Notes: a model not told the origin generated them from the letters alone. Counted from the first letter of the stretch, positions 41,011-54,237 are shown. The stretch is 64,000 bases of DNA from Octopus sinensis (GCF_006345805.1 NC_043011.1:62508464-62572463); one strand, 5' to 3'. Numbers and translations: made by a program.

Positions 41011-41392
41011 CTTCATCCTGCATAGAATATCGCCAATAAATCTATTGCAGTCATAAAAGTGACATCTTTATTTCCTTCCAATAAAACTTAAACAATTTTC
41101 GGAGAGAGAAAAATCTAAATTTAATATAATATATTCTAATGATAGATTTGTTTGTGAAAAATAAACATAAAATAGATTTATATCGTGCGAAATAAATATC
41201 TATTGTCATATTCTTTTTATACGACTTGTAGAGTGACAACAGCACTATTGGATTTGTTTTAGTCATCTTTAGTTTGTATTGATTTCTATATAAAGAATAG
41301 TTTTACCTTCCGATATGAAGCGATGTAACTCAATGTTTTGTCTTATACGGCAGTGAGCACAGACACTGACATCTTCTCTCTTTCATACACAA

Positions 41393-41463
<71 letters not shown>

Positions 41464-41595
41464 CAGATACACACATAAAGTGAATGCTGACTGATGCAAG
41501 ATTTGAACTCAGAAATATATTTCTGCAAAATGAATTATACGTAAGATAGATTCTCCTGGAAACTTTCTTTTGTTACAACGATCGTTTCGGCTTAC

Positions 41596-41727
41596 ATTTG
41601 CCATGCTCCCTGGTGATTAGGGAATGATATAATGGAATCGTATGCTCCCGAAAGTGCAGGAGGAACTTCATCAGGTGACGAAATAGGCCTCGAAGTTATA
41701 AAATTTACATTTAACTCATAGGTGTAG
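41596..41727 (-). CDS. Candidate coding exon (132 nt, phase 2-2), product unknown
   Basis: cAG| acceptor with a weak pyrimidine tract, donor AT|GTAAGC. Open frame YTYELNVNFITSRPISSPDEVPPALSGAYDSIISFPNHQGAWQ. Confidence 0.3.
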
Positions 41728-41757
41728 CTGGACGATATTGAATTTTGTGTGTGTGTG

Positions 41758-41800
<43 letters not shown>

Positions 41801-41968
41801 CAGAGAGAGAACGCTTTGTTGGTAATTCCATTTCTTTCTTCATCTCACGTCTTTCCATCTACCTTGCTCTAAGCCTTTGACGTTCGAATCTTTAATGCTC
41901 AATATTCACATGGCTTTAAGGCGGCGAGCTGTAGAATACTTGCCGATAAATAGATAGATAGATAGATG

Positions 41969-42024
<56 letters not shown>

Positions 42025-42322
42025 TTAGACTGAAAGATAGAGAGATAGATACAGAAATATATAAAAGTTTTACTTCTTCGAAAGACATGAAAAGGCTAGT
42101 TTTGCACAGTAGAACTCGAAGTAAATAAAGCTATAAATAATAACGTGCAATAATGGCTTCAAACCCCTTTGGATAGAATGAAAACTCCGAAGGTTGTCTT
42201 CGACATTTTCTCAGGCATTTTTGTTACCGGAATATTTATACTCTACTATTTATAGATTCAGCTAGTCCCAGTTTAACTGATGTATACACACACAGCACAG
42301 GTACACACGCACGCATACATAC

Positions 42323-42353
<31 letters not shown>

Positions 42354-42494
42354 TACAAGCATACACACACATATACATATACATATATATATATATATGT
42401 ATGTATGTATATGTGTGTATGTTATAAATTAAATATCTACTATAAAAAAATCAGAGGAAGTGAAAATGGAATTTCTTAGACACCATTAACCCCT

Positions 42495-42800
42495 GCGATC
42501 GTTTTGACCCATTGTGTATCGGTATCTTGCGGGTGTGATCCTGGACAACTGTCTCGGGTGCATCTTGCGGTGCATTTGTGTCTCGTCAGGTGATTTTCTA
42601 AAGGTGCCACACTCAATAAACTTGGTTTCGTTTAGTTCGATTATAATGCATTTCGTTATTTGCCTGTAGGTGGTGGAATACAGGTACATTTTGGAAAGTC
42701 ACCTGACGAGACGTATCTGCTTTGATGGATGGAGCAGAACTAGATATTGAGAACCTCACCCTCGAAGGATCGGTGCAAGATGGTCGAAACGGTCGTTGTG
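42495..42800. mobile_element. Inverted pair of HHR-bearing (Penelope-like) repeat units
   Basis: + copy: CTGACGA at 42703-09, then gac...gtc stem II, then GAAACGGTC at 42786-94. - copy: CTGACGA (tcgtcag at 42583-89 on +) and AAAACGATC (about 42497-505). Shared flank ttt(a/g)gaaa(a/g)tcacctgacgagac in opposite orientation. Confidence 0.5.
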
Positions 42801-42865
42801 ATTCACAAAGAATATCGTGACTTTGACATCAGGTAGCCGAAGACAATGAACGTATTTTCATCGGC

Positions 42866-42949
<84 letters not shown>

Positions 42950-43231
42950 TGAGTGTGCGTGTGTGTAATTTACACATTTACAATTGTTATATATATTTAA
43001 ATTTTATATTATTCCTGCCATTACACAATTAGGTATTATAAAATATGCAGCTAGATTATTTTTGTAAGAAATATAGAAACTAGTATACGATGAAAAGCTC
43101 GTATTCTTTTCTCCTCTTGGCACAAAGCCCGAAATTTTGGGGGAGGCAGTCAGTCAATAAGATCGACCCCTGTATCCAGCTGGTACTTAATTTATCGACC
43201 CCGAAAGGGGTAATAAGAATAATGGAGGTAC

Positions 43232-43455
43232 AGTATAATAATATCAAACGCATGTACTGGTTTTAATATATTTACTTTCATTGACACTGACGGTGTCACA
43301 CACCGAGAAGGTCTGAATGAACACCATCATTTTCGTGGGACAAAATGATGCGGCGTCATGTCCTGTGTAGTATTTTACGAAGCTGTGCTTTGGTGATTGT
43401 TGCAAAGGCTACCGAAACAGCATCCTTCAAATGTCGGGTATTCTGGTGTCGCTCT
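43232..43455 (+). repeat. Unclassified interspersed repeat of about 215 bp, copy 2
   Basis: See copy 1. Confidence 0.7.
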
Positions 43456-43789
43456 TGTGAAACCCTCTCCTTAATAATAGAAAATTAAAACAATATTTAT
43501 AGGTGGTGACAAGGCTTTCGGACCACCCTATACGTTATACGATCTGCGTTTTGGATGCATTGCTGCACTTTACTCTTGCTTATCCCGACCCTGTAAAGAG
43601 GCCCTGATTGATATGACTCTCGACAAAGGGCCTCATGTATATAACCATCCAGTATTTCCCCTGTAAGCTGCTAACCAACCTACATTCTGTTGCCTCGTAA
43701 CATGAAATATCGGTGATACGTGTCTGATAATTCTAGCAAGTCAAATGTTATATTATTTGTTATATTATTTGTTATATTATTCGTTTGCT

Positions 43790-44005
43790 TTTATATTTCT
43801 CTTGAAATCACTGTCTTTTGTCTTAATTAATTCTGAAAATAATTATGAATTTTTAGGATAACTTTGTCATTAATAACCAAATGTTTGGAACAGAAACTAA
43901 CACGATATTTTGATGGAAGATTTCGATTTAGGTCACATTAATTCGAGAAATGTCTGTCATATAATCAATGATCGTTTCAGGCAGGCTGGTATGGGAAAGG
44001 TTAAT
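43790..44005 (+). mobile_element. Degenerate MITE with TTAA-ending terminus (piggyBac-like)
   Basis: Ends tttcaggcaggctggtatgggaaaggTTAA. The body resembles an abundant octopus repeat I recall; not verified. Confidence 0.4.
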
Positions 44006-45982
44006 GCAAGATTCGAAACTGCGACGGCAGAACTACTGTGTTGTATTTTATAATAGTGTGTCTGTGAAATACAGATAACAATATACGATAGAAACGGAAG
44101 TAAAGTATTCTAAGGCTTTTCTTTTCATACAAATTGCACAATTTAGTATTCCCTTTAAAACCTTTTAAAATCAAACCGTAGTTGACTAAAGAAACCCGAT
44201 TTACTAAAAATCTATGAGTAAGATCTTAATTAATATTTCCATTGTAATTGGAAGTTGTTAAATGAACTGTATTATTTCTCTTTCTCTTTCACAGCAAACC
44301 TTCACGAACGCGCAATTATTTGCCGTGCCAAACCTGTCGATATAATCATTTCAACATCTTGCCGATTGTTTAAACAAATGTTATTCACAAATGCACTTTA
44401 CCTCTTGCATTCCTTCTCAATGTCGACAGCTCTTTCATTTTATCTTATTCTTTACTTTTTTCTTCCTTTTTTCTTTTTTTGCCACCAACCGATACCGTCT
44501 TTAACATCACCTCTCCTTTCTAAGCATTATCAGTTTGCATCTCCATTTCATATACTCAATGTTCTTTAATTAATTCACTCCTTCCACTCTTGTTCTTTAA
44601 TCTTGTTAATCTTATCCTCTCATTCTCACAGAAAAATCTACTCTTAAATCAATTTGTATTTCAGTTGGAGTCAGTATTTTCAGAGAAATATAGAAAAAGA
44701 AGAAGGGGGGAGAGAGAGAGAGTGAAAGGGAGAGAGCATACAGTGACTGAACATTGCTGTAGAATTACTCATTCAAGATAAAATTTATCGAAATGTTTGA
44801 ATGAAGGAGAGGAGAATTTGTCACTTGGCTGTCAGAAAAACGTGTTGATTTACGATTGAATAAATGACAAGTCACTGAACTAACCTTTTGTAAAACTAGT
44901 CTGCCACTCCTCAGCAAATACACAACTATTTACGAGTTACACTACTCTAAACTTTTGAAATATTCAAACATAATATTATGTTTGTTGATTAACCCTAGAG
45001 CTTTCGTTATCAAACTGATCTGTGATATATGGTAATTCCAACCGCGAACTTAGACTCTTTCAAGAAGTACATCTAAAACTAACGTGTTCTTTGATTATTA
45101 AAACTAAACGAAGTGATCTGAGAAGGATTCGAAAGGAAGTGACGCCTTCCTTGGTTTATTAAAGTAATTATCATCATCAATGAGATTATTTAAATTAATT
45201 AATTAGATCAATTAAGAGCTATAAAATCAATCTATGTTCGCTTATTTGAAATTGATGATATTGTGATTTACATATCACTTAGGAAATTGCTGATTGGCAT
45301 TTACCAAATTACTGTTTAAACTGAATATTAAATTTTCTCTGACGGTCCTTGAAGTGGTAGTGTCGTTAGTGTTAGAATATACACATTAAGGTATTTATTG
45401 TGATTCTTTACGTTACGAGTTCAAATTACACCGAGATCAACTTTGCTTTTTGATTTCTCGGGTGGTGATAAAATATAGTACCCGTGAAATACTGGACGAG
45501 TCGTTATGATTAACTAAGGACACACTTCTTAGTTTCACATTGTGTTTGTGTTACAAACTATTAAGAATTATCATTAGAAACACTGCACATTGTCAGTGCT
45601 TTGTCGAAGTACCTTGTGGTATTTGCGCTTGGATTCTTCAGATTCTGAATCCAAATTCCGCCAAAGTCAACTTACCTTTTTATCCTTTCAAAATTAGTAA
45701 GAAGACAGAAACAATAAGACAACAGACCACGTGAAATCCTCACCAACAACTACCACCCAAACAGAGTCATAGGTTGGAGTGGTGTCATTTGAGCGAGGCA
45801 AAGGTGTCATCCATCAATAGTAAGTAATCACCGATAAATGGCAAATGGATTGACACGCTCGACAACGCCTACTCCAAAATAAAAGCTTTGATAAAACTTA
45901 ATTATATTCCGACCAAAAATTAGTCCAGGCCATTTACTAAATCTCTATACCAGTGTATACACACACATACACACACGCACAC

Positions 45983-46029
<47 letters not shown>

Positions 46030-46664
46030 TATATACGACGGTCCTATTTTGGTTTCCGTCTACTAAATCCACTCACAAGCATTTGGTCGAACCGAAGCTA
46101 TAGTAGAAGACACTTGCCCAAGGTGCCACGCAGTGAGACTGAACCAAGAACCATGTGGTTGCTAAGCAAGCTACTTACCACACATTCATTCCTGCGCCTA
46201 AAATACGAAGACAGTTGAAGTAACAGTAAGCAGGTGTATTAGTTTCACGCTGGAGCCCACGCTCTTGGACAGAAAGAATTGAGAAGAAATATATGTATAT
46301 ATATGCACATATATATATATTCATATACATATATATATATACCCTATTTGTCTCCAATTACGGAATATCTCATACTCTGGGATGTCACAGAAACAGCTGT
46401 AAAACTCTGAATTTTTTTTTCCTTTAATAACAATGTACATGACTTGAGATGTTTGCCTTGCCTTAACTTTTGTTGTCCTCTTTAACAATTATATATCCGC
46501 TATATTGGAAATCTACAATGGCTCCATAACTACCATCTCGGCTATATCAGTGGGGCCCTAGTGATTCGTTACGGCACTTACCTAGCGTACCTAACCGTTT
46601 AGGTCACCTGTGAACTAAACCCCCATATTTTGTGTGCGCATATATATATATGTGTGTGTGTGTG

Positions 46665-46711
<47 letters not shown>

Positions 46712-46734
46712 ATATATATGTATATTTATATACA

Positions 46735-46915
46735 GAGAGAGAGGGGGGTGAGATTGATAAAAATTGCACTCAGTACTGGAATGTCTTCTCATTTATCGAC
46801 GCCGAAATGATGATACCCAAAGCTGACTTCAGCGAGATTTGAACTCAGACCGCAGACAACCAGATCTAAAACAGCGAGGCATTTCTTCTCACGCTCTCAC
46901 AGCTGGTAATTCGTC
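46735..46915 (-). mobile_element. SINE family A, degenerate
   Basis: Central domain and B-box (tttgaactcaga) recognisable. Further fragments at about 43105-43205 (-), 47525-47690 (-), 47655-47745 (+), 58520-58670 (+), 30220-30370 (+) and 45370-45700 (+). Confidence 0.6.
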
Positions 46916-48079
46916 CTAAAATACACTGACTATTTTGTTCAGTGGCAATATTCGGTTGATAACACTGAACACATTAGAGATATTTGCAGAAATCGTTCAG
47001 ATATTTGACATGTCTAACTCGTAGCTTCATTTTTATATTCTTGCTGAAGATGATTAACGTTGATATTGAACAATAAATTTTAACTCAAATTATAGAACTG
47101 GCAGAGTTAATTTAATTTGTTACACAGATTTACGAGCTCAGTTCATGGAGAACTGCAACCGTTACAGTAAAACCCCTAAGATGATTCCCAAATTCTTGTT
47201 CTTCTCTTGGTTTTATTTTAATAGACACCGGCCATGTTTTGCTACACTCTGTGGTGTGGCCAATTGTAGCGATTCAAGTATTTATTTGTATCCATTTCGG
47301 CAGGACAGAAACTTAAGCTGCGTAATGATTTATATCTGTTTCAATTTGCTGCCAAATTCCAGTAAAGTTAAGAGAACGAGAACAGCCGATAACATAGATT
47401 ATACTACTTGAATTATATTTTATTTTATCGATTTTAAAGTGACGAAAGATATTCTGTCCGATGCGATGGCGATTCTCCCACCTCAGCCCCGAATAATTTG
47501 TTATATTAGTTTCAAATTTTGGCACAAGGAGACCAATTTTAGAGAAGGGGAGAGTCAATTACATCGATCCCAGTGCTCTGTTTGAAACGCTTGTGTCGAC
47601 GCCGAACGGTTGAAAGTCAAAGTCCACCTCGGCAGCCAAGACGACGAGCGGACAGAACCGTTTAGCGGCATTTCTTCAGTTTTAGTGTTCTGAGTTCAAA
47701 TTCTGCAGAGGTTGATTTTGCTTTTCGTTATTTCGGGGGTCAAATGTAAATAATGTAAATAATGTACACACATACATGTGCATGTGCATATACATGTGTA
47801 TGTCTACATATGCATGTGTATATGTATGTGTGTGTGTGTACATTTATGCACACACACACACAAACACACACACATGCGTTTGTGTCTGTGTTAATGCCTA
47901 CGATTATAAATTCTGTAAGGGAGAGTAACTACCTGAAAATGAAGAGTTTGTACTCACCCATGCGAGAAATAAAAAGTGTTAAGCTCTTATCGTGTTTGAC
48001 AATACTTTCTTAGGTATGTTATTGACAAAACTAGGGACGGAATAAAAAATAATGGACATAAAATAAAAATAATATTAAC

Positions 48080-48384
48080 GGAGCAGCAGCAGCAGCAGCA
48101 GAAGCAGCAGTAGAAGCAGCGGCAGTAGCAGCAGCAGCAGCAGCAGTAGAAGCAGCGGCAGTAGCAGCAGCAGCAGCAGCAGTAGCAGTAGTAGTAGTAG
48201 TAGTAGTAGTAATGATAATAATAATGATGATGATGATAATAATATTAATAACAACTACAACAACAATAATAATAATAATAACAACAACAACAATAATAAT
48301 AATATAATAATAATAATAATAATATAATAATAATAATAAAATAATAATAACAACAACAACAACAATAATAATAATAATAATATA

Positions 48385-48425
<41 letters not shown>

Positions 48426-48550
48426 TAATAATAATGAGGATGATGATGATAATAATGATAATAATAATATTAGTAATAATAAGACGAAGAAGAAGAAGAA
48501 GAAGAAGAAGAAGAAGAGAAGAAGAAGAAGAAGAAGAAGAAGAAGAAAAG
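48080..48550. repeat. Compound trinucleotide array (GCA/GTA/AAT/AAC/GAA)
   Basis: Directly visible. Similar arrays at 16360-16700, 21490-21800, 30065-30175, 31140-31330, 37230-37390 and 52215-52490. Confidence 0.95.
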
Positions 48551-49043
48551 AGCTTTCAGAAATTACATGGTTATTTTGAACACTATAAAGAATATCGAGA
48601 GTTTATAGATAAAGAAATCTATGAAGAAGATAATTTCTTTTGAAATTGCATTTGTTTACTGAAGCATTTGAATGTTAAACTGGTGTAAAGTCCTCAAAAG
48701 GTAGCACTGTAGGTGTAGACATGAGTGATAGTATCTATGAAAAATATATTGTTTGTTAGACAATTGTCACCTTTCCTAAGTTGGACGCTGATATCTAGCG
48801 TTACTATCTTTGCGTAAAAATGTGAAGGATCTCTTGTAAAAAGAATCCTCGTAGAATTGCCCTTTAAAAATGCACATTTATAAAGAGATAATGCAATATT
48901 TTACGAAACTTTGTGATTGAAGCTTGTTTGCACCCATAGAAATGGTCAAACATTTTAGAGACTAAACACACACACACACACACACACACATCACATAATT
49001 TGAAATATCTATTTGTCGGTTTTGTTAGGGATAATATAAATAA

Positions 49044-51085
49044 CTAGTAGAAGTACCCGGCGTTGCTCGGGTTTCAAATACAACGCTGTTTTGGATACTT
49101 AGTTAAATTCCTGTCATAAATAATGTTAACGCCAAATTGTCGCTTATTGTAACAAAATTGGTTGCCGGGTAAAGCGATAACAGTTTGAAACGAAGTCCTG
49201 AGGTGGGCTTTAATGCATTCTGAGATGGTGTAACAATCACGGGTGTTTTCTCGTTCTCACAGCGGTAACAATTTGATAAGAAACCCTGAAAAGGGTTGCA
49301 GTGCGTTCTCAGGTAGTGTGATAATCGTACGTAAAATTGGTGCGGGAAAAGGCTTTTTTTTCTCTACACCGAAAGCAACGGAACTGTTGTTGTGAAATAT
49401 GAAACTCTGTGAAAACAGATGACGAACCCAGGTTGGACAAAAACAAAGAAACATGGCTGAGGAAAGTTAGTATCTTTGAAATCATCACAACAGTAGCACT
49501 CACCATATATCAGGTCTGCAAGGTTGCAGTAGTGTAGTGAAAGCACTGGGGTTCACGAATTCAAAAGCAGATGGCGCCTGAAGTTCCTACAATACGTCTC
49601 TGTAGACCACATTTTTCGTGTTGCCATTAGGGGCAAATGCGAATAGATTTTGTTCGCATCCATCTCTGGAGCATCCGACCCATAACTGACCATGAGAGAA
49701 ACATGGCTCGCCCACTTTATTTTGGCAGCCGAAGCACACTCTGTTTTACGACCAAGTTGCGTGCTTTTCTTAGGTGGCGTGGCGGTAGTATTGGGCTACG
49801 TTTAAATTGCTAGTTTTAAAAATGGACAAAAGGGGACGCTGAAAACTGAATTTGGTAGGAGGTATAAAAAGTGAACCTACAAAACGTATTATTCAATGAA
49901 GGAGGCAGCAGGGACAGCTATCTGGACACAAAGACACTGACTACAATATTTTTTAACGACACGTAAGCAAAAAACTGGTAAGCGGCAACAATATGAAGGA
50001 AATAAGTTGAGTATGAGGACAACGAAAAAATTCAACAGGAAGTTAAAGCAATAATGTGTGTCAAATGGTAGGCCTAAACTTTAAGTCGAAGCACGCATCA
50101 GATATGCACAAAAGCGCTTCAATAATTACGCTTTGATACCGGCACAATCAGGTGACCAGTTTTGCACCAATGAAATTCAGTTAAAGAGTTAATTGGACGG
50201 GCTCATTACAGTGGACAATCAATAGTGTTCACGCGCATAGGTCAAAGGTCATGTTCACAGTTCACCCCTTAGTGGCAGACCATTGGCATGATGTCGTTAC
50301 GGCAAATGGTGGCATTATGATCGTCGGCGATAATGGTGGGGAAGCAAGTAAAACAGGGGCCGTGGGGAAAGCAGTCATTCACACCCAATAAGGGGCTGAA
50401 GTGGGGGAGGGGCATCATGGCCGTAGGCGATAACAGGTGGGGAGGGTTTAAGTAAACACTAAAGTACACAGATCAAAAAAGTTGACGGTCCCATGTCAAA
50501 GGTCGGTGGTGGGTAAGTAATCACTAATGTACACAGACCAAATGAGCGAGGTAAAACTGCCCCACAATCCTTGATTTGTGAGTGAACGGCAGAAGTTGTA
50601 AGCAAAAACCAATTTTAATTCGGTAAATTGTAGATTTAATGCGAAAAAAAAACATTAGTTCAAAGCATGGGTAATAATATTCTTGCCAAATTTGGATCGA
50701 ATCGGTTTTGGAACCGTGGAAGTTTATTGGCAAAAAACCGAATTTTACGCAGTTATTCGCAGACTTTCATATTCACGTAGATTAACTTGACAACAACATA
50801 ATTCTTAAAGGATGAGTAATAGTTGTGCCAAATCGGAAATTATTGGCAAAAAACCGATTTTTACGTAATTTTTCGTGGATTTTCCAAAGTTATCGGGTAG
50901 GACCTTGACAAAACATTTAAGCAAAACAATTTTTATGTCAAGAGTAATGTTCGTGTCAAATTTGGAGGAGATCGCTCGAAAAAACCATGGAGTTATGGGA
51001 AAAAAAACTGGTCTTCTGAACAGTTAGTCGCGGTTTTTGGTCTGGGATCTGGAAAATATAAAGTAGGTCATGACTACCCTTCGAG
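49044..51085 (-). mobile_element. Non-autonomous Helitron, internal-deletion derivative of a RepHel element
   Basis: 3' end on -: hairpin cccg-agcaacgc-cggg (49056-71), then CTAG (49044-47) followed by T. Helicase C-terminus PCFSHGQLWVGCSR..FAPNGNTKNVVYRDVL* at 49706-49587. Imperfect tandem subrepeats of about 120 bp at 50600-50970. The 5' TC end was not located, so the right boundary is approximate. Confidence 0.8.
49587..49780 (-). pseudogene. Helitron RepHel remnant: putative N-terminus fused out of frame to the PIF1-like helicase C-terminus
   Basis: 49780-49707: (ACG)PPKKSTQLGRKTECASAAKIK. 49706-49587: PCFSHGQLWVGCSRDGCEQNLFAFAPNGNTKNVVYRDVL*, matching the Helitron 'FSHGQLYVA.SR...T.NVVY.EVL' terminus. 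Confidence 0.8.
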
Positions 51086-51086
51086 C

Positions 51087-51359
51087 ACATTATTTACATT
51101 ATTTACAATTGACAGATGTTTTTCCTCATCTCGTTTATTGTTAACACAACGCTTTGGTTGATATACCTTTCAGCCTTCATCAGGTGTCTTGGCGAAATTT
51201 CGAACCTCATTCCTAAGATATTTTTCGTTGTTGTTGTTGTTGTTGTTGTTGTTATTATTATTATTCAGGTCACTTCCTGGAATCGAACTCGAAATCTTGG
51301 GGTTATTATCCCGCGGTCTTCACTACTCGCCATATGCCCGTAAATAATGTAAATAATGT
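51087..51359 (-). mobile_element. tRNA-headed element carrying a degraded HHR, bounded by 20-bp perfect inverted repeats
   Basis: On -: tRNA-like head gggcatatggcg...B-box GAGTTCGATTCC (51279-90), then (AAT/AAC)n, then acac-CTGATGA-aggctg..caacc-AAAGCGTT-gtgt (51144-87), then AATAAA and a (GTAAATAAT)2 tail. acattatttacattatttac (51087-106) is the exact reverse complement of 51340-359. Confidence 0.65.
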
Positions 51360-51442
51360 AAATATTCTTCCCGTCATGCTAACACTTCTGCCTGCAGCAG
51401 AATTTCTTTATTCCTGCAACAATGGCAACCAAATATACATAC

Positions 51443-51477
<35 letters not shown>

Positions 51478-51487
51478 ATATATATAT

Positions 51488-51532
<45 letters not shown>

Positions 51533-52366
51533 ACGCTAAAATTAATAATGCATTAGAAGCCCGGATGTACCACTGGATCCAGATTGATAGACTGACAGAG
51601 TGTCTTTGTCTGTTTGCCTCTATATAGCAACGAGCAGACATAGAGAAAATACAGTACCAGCTTCCAAGTCATAACAGGTCGTGAGTGATGGCTATTTATT
51701 TATATTTTTCTATTAAAAGACAAACTGAAATTACTTTTAAAATTAAAAATCTTAAGAACCTTAAAAAAGAGAAATTCCCATCAGGTTTATTACTTCGTTC
51801 CTCTTCTTCACCAAATTGCAAATTGCTTTACAATATTTTCCTTTTAAAACAGCAGCAAAATGGTTTTTAATTTGTCATCTTAATTACGGTATTACTAAAA
51901 CAAACTCGAAAGAAATGTGGAAACCAAACAAAGAAGAAAACACTAGTTTCTATGAAATATTGGTGAAGAAATATTCCAGTCTGGTTAAAAAGATTTCTGC
52001 TTGTCATCGTAATCTTCTTTCAAGAGGAAAATATGGAAATATAAAATCTTGTAAAACATCTTATTTTCATTTTGCCAGTATTGTTAAGGATTAACATTTT
52101 AATGAATATTTCTAAGAAATGTAAAATTTACTTCTTTATTCATCTCTTGGTTTTTTACAATATTAGTCATCTTATCGTCGTTGACGTCATCGGTGTTGTC
52201 ATCTCGTCGATTTGGATGTCGTCATCATCATCCGCATTATCATTCATCATCATCATCATCATCGTCATAATCATCATCATCATCATAATCATCATCATCA
52301 TCATCATCATCATTGTCATCATCATCATCATCATCATCGTCGTCGTCATCGTCGTCATCATCATTG

Positions 52367-52401
<35 letters not shown>

Positions 52402-52589
52402 GTCGTCGTCGTCGTCGTCGCGTCGTCGTCGTTGTCGTTGTCGTCGTCGTCGTAATCATCCCCATCCCCAACATCATCATCATCATCTTCTTCCTCTTAA
52501 TCACAGAGCAGGTACGAAAAATTGAAAGAGTATTGTGAAGAAAGCGAGCAACGTTCAAACCCTGTCACGATCCACATTACCTTTTCTTC

Positions 52590-53181
52590 CTAATGATTAT
52601 CATTCCTTTATTGTCCACAAGGGGCTACACACAGAAGAGACAGACAAGGACAGACAAATGTATTAAGTAGATTACATCGGCCCCATAGCGTAAATGGTGC
52701 TTAATTTATCGACCCCGAAAGGATGAAAGACAAAGTCGACCTCGGTGGAATTTGAACTCAGAACATAACGGCAGACGAAATACCTATTTCTTTATTACCC
52801 ACAAGGGACAAACAAGGACAGACAAACATAGAGGACAAACAAGGACAGACAAACGGATTAAGTCGATTATATCGACCCCAGTGCGTAACTGGTACTTATT
52901 TAATCGACCCCGAAAGGATGATAGACACAGTCGACCTCGGCGGAATTTGAACTCAGAACATAACGGCAGTCGAAATACCTATTTCTTTACTACCCACAAG
53001 GGACAAACAAGGACAGACAAACGGATTAAGTCGATTATATCGACCCAAGTGCGTAACTAGTACTTATTTAATCGACCCCGAAAGGATGAAAGGCAAAGTC
53101 GACCTCGGCGGTCGTAACGGCAGACGAAATACGGCTACGCATTTCGCCCGGCGTGCTAACGTTTCTGCCAGCTCACCGCCT
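52590..53181 (-). mobile_element. SINE family A, trimeric array
   Basis: One head at 53181 followed by three body units of about 190 bp. An extra internal duplication of ggacaaacaaggacagacaaac lies at about 52805-52855. Confidence 0.85.
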
Positions 53182-53971
53182 TTGATTCTCTGCTAGCTCG
53201 CTTTCTAAGGATTGCGGATGAACACGATACACCCAATGATTCTCTTTAAGTCTCTTTGAGCGAACAGCTCAAATGATAATTAATTTAAATATTCCATGAG
53301 CCATCGAAGATCACTCAATGCAGTCGCTCATCCTGGCAGATATAGCAGCTACGTCTCCCAGAAATCATACAAACTGAGTGATAAGTATTAACATGCATAA
53401 AATGGGATGTTAACCGTTGAAAAGCGTGATTAACGACTTTCATCAAGGATATGTACTATCGGGGTTGACCAGGGGCGAAACAGCGACAGTATCTCCACTT
53501 GGAAAAATTATCCGTAAAAATAGCAACAACGTTATGAAAAAAAAACAATCCGACTTCTGAAAATATTCTGTTCTTGATTGCCTGTAGTTTTTTCAATGTG
53601 CAGGTGATGTTATTGGGCAGGTGTGAAGATGATAGGGTTAGTAAGAAAAACATTTACATATAATAATGCAATTGAATTAAGTTGAATAATTTATAACTGC
53701 AGGGAATTGTGTCCAGCGAAGGGTATTTGAAGACGTGAATTATGTTATCTTCGAAGTGGAAATCAAATTCTCAGAAGGTTTACTTCCAAGAAGTTATATA
53801 TAAACAAACGCACACATACAAAGAACCTCACACTCACACAGACACAGTCCGGGATACACACACACACTCTCACACACATATACATGTGTATATATGTATA
53901 TATATATATATGTGTGTATGTGTATGTGCATATATATATATGTATATATACACATATATTTTCACACACTC

Positions 53972-54034
<63 letters not shown>

Positions 54035-54035
54035 C

Positions 54036-54092
<57 letters not shown>

Positions 54093-54237
54093 TATATCAA
54101 CACAAATAGACATAAATATATATTTATATACACATGAATGTATATATATATATTATATAAATGTTTAACGTTTAATATATATATATTTACACACACGCGT
54201 ACATGCATGCACATGCACTCACACATACATAAACACA

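Noticed and set aside
51265-51339. Possible tRNA gene
   Set aside because: A-box and anticodon arm are degenerate, and it is embedded in a repeat element. Treated as a SINE head, as were the other tRNA-like heads.
52072-52538. Poly-His, poly-Ser and poly-Ile ORFs
   Set aside because: (CAT)n/(CGT)n microsatellite.
52590-53181. Regularly spaced repeats resembling a CRISPR array
   Set aside because: The units are about 190-bp tandem SINE bodies with no unique spacers, in eukaryotic DNA with no cas genes.
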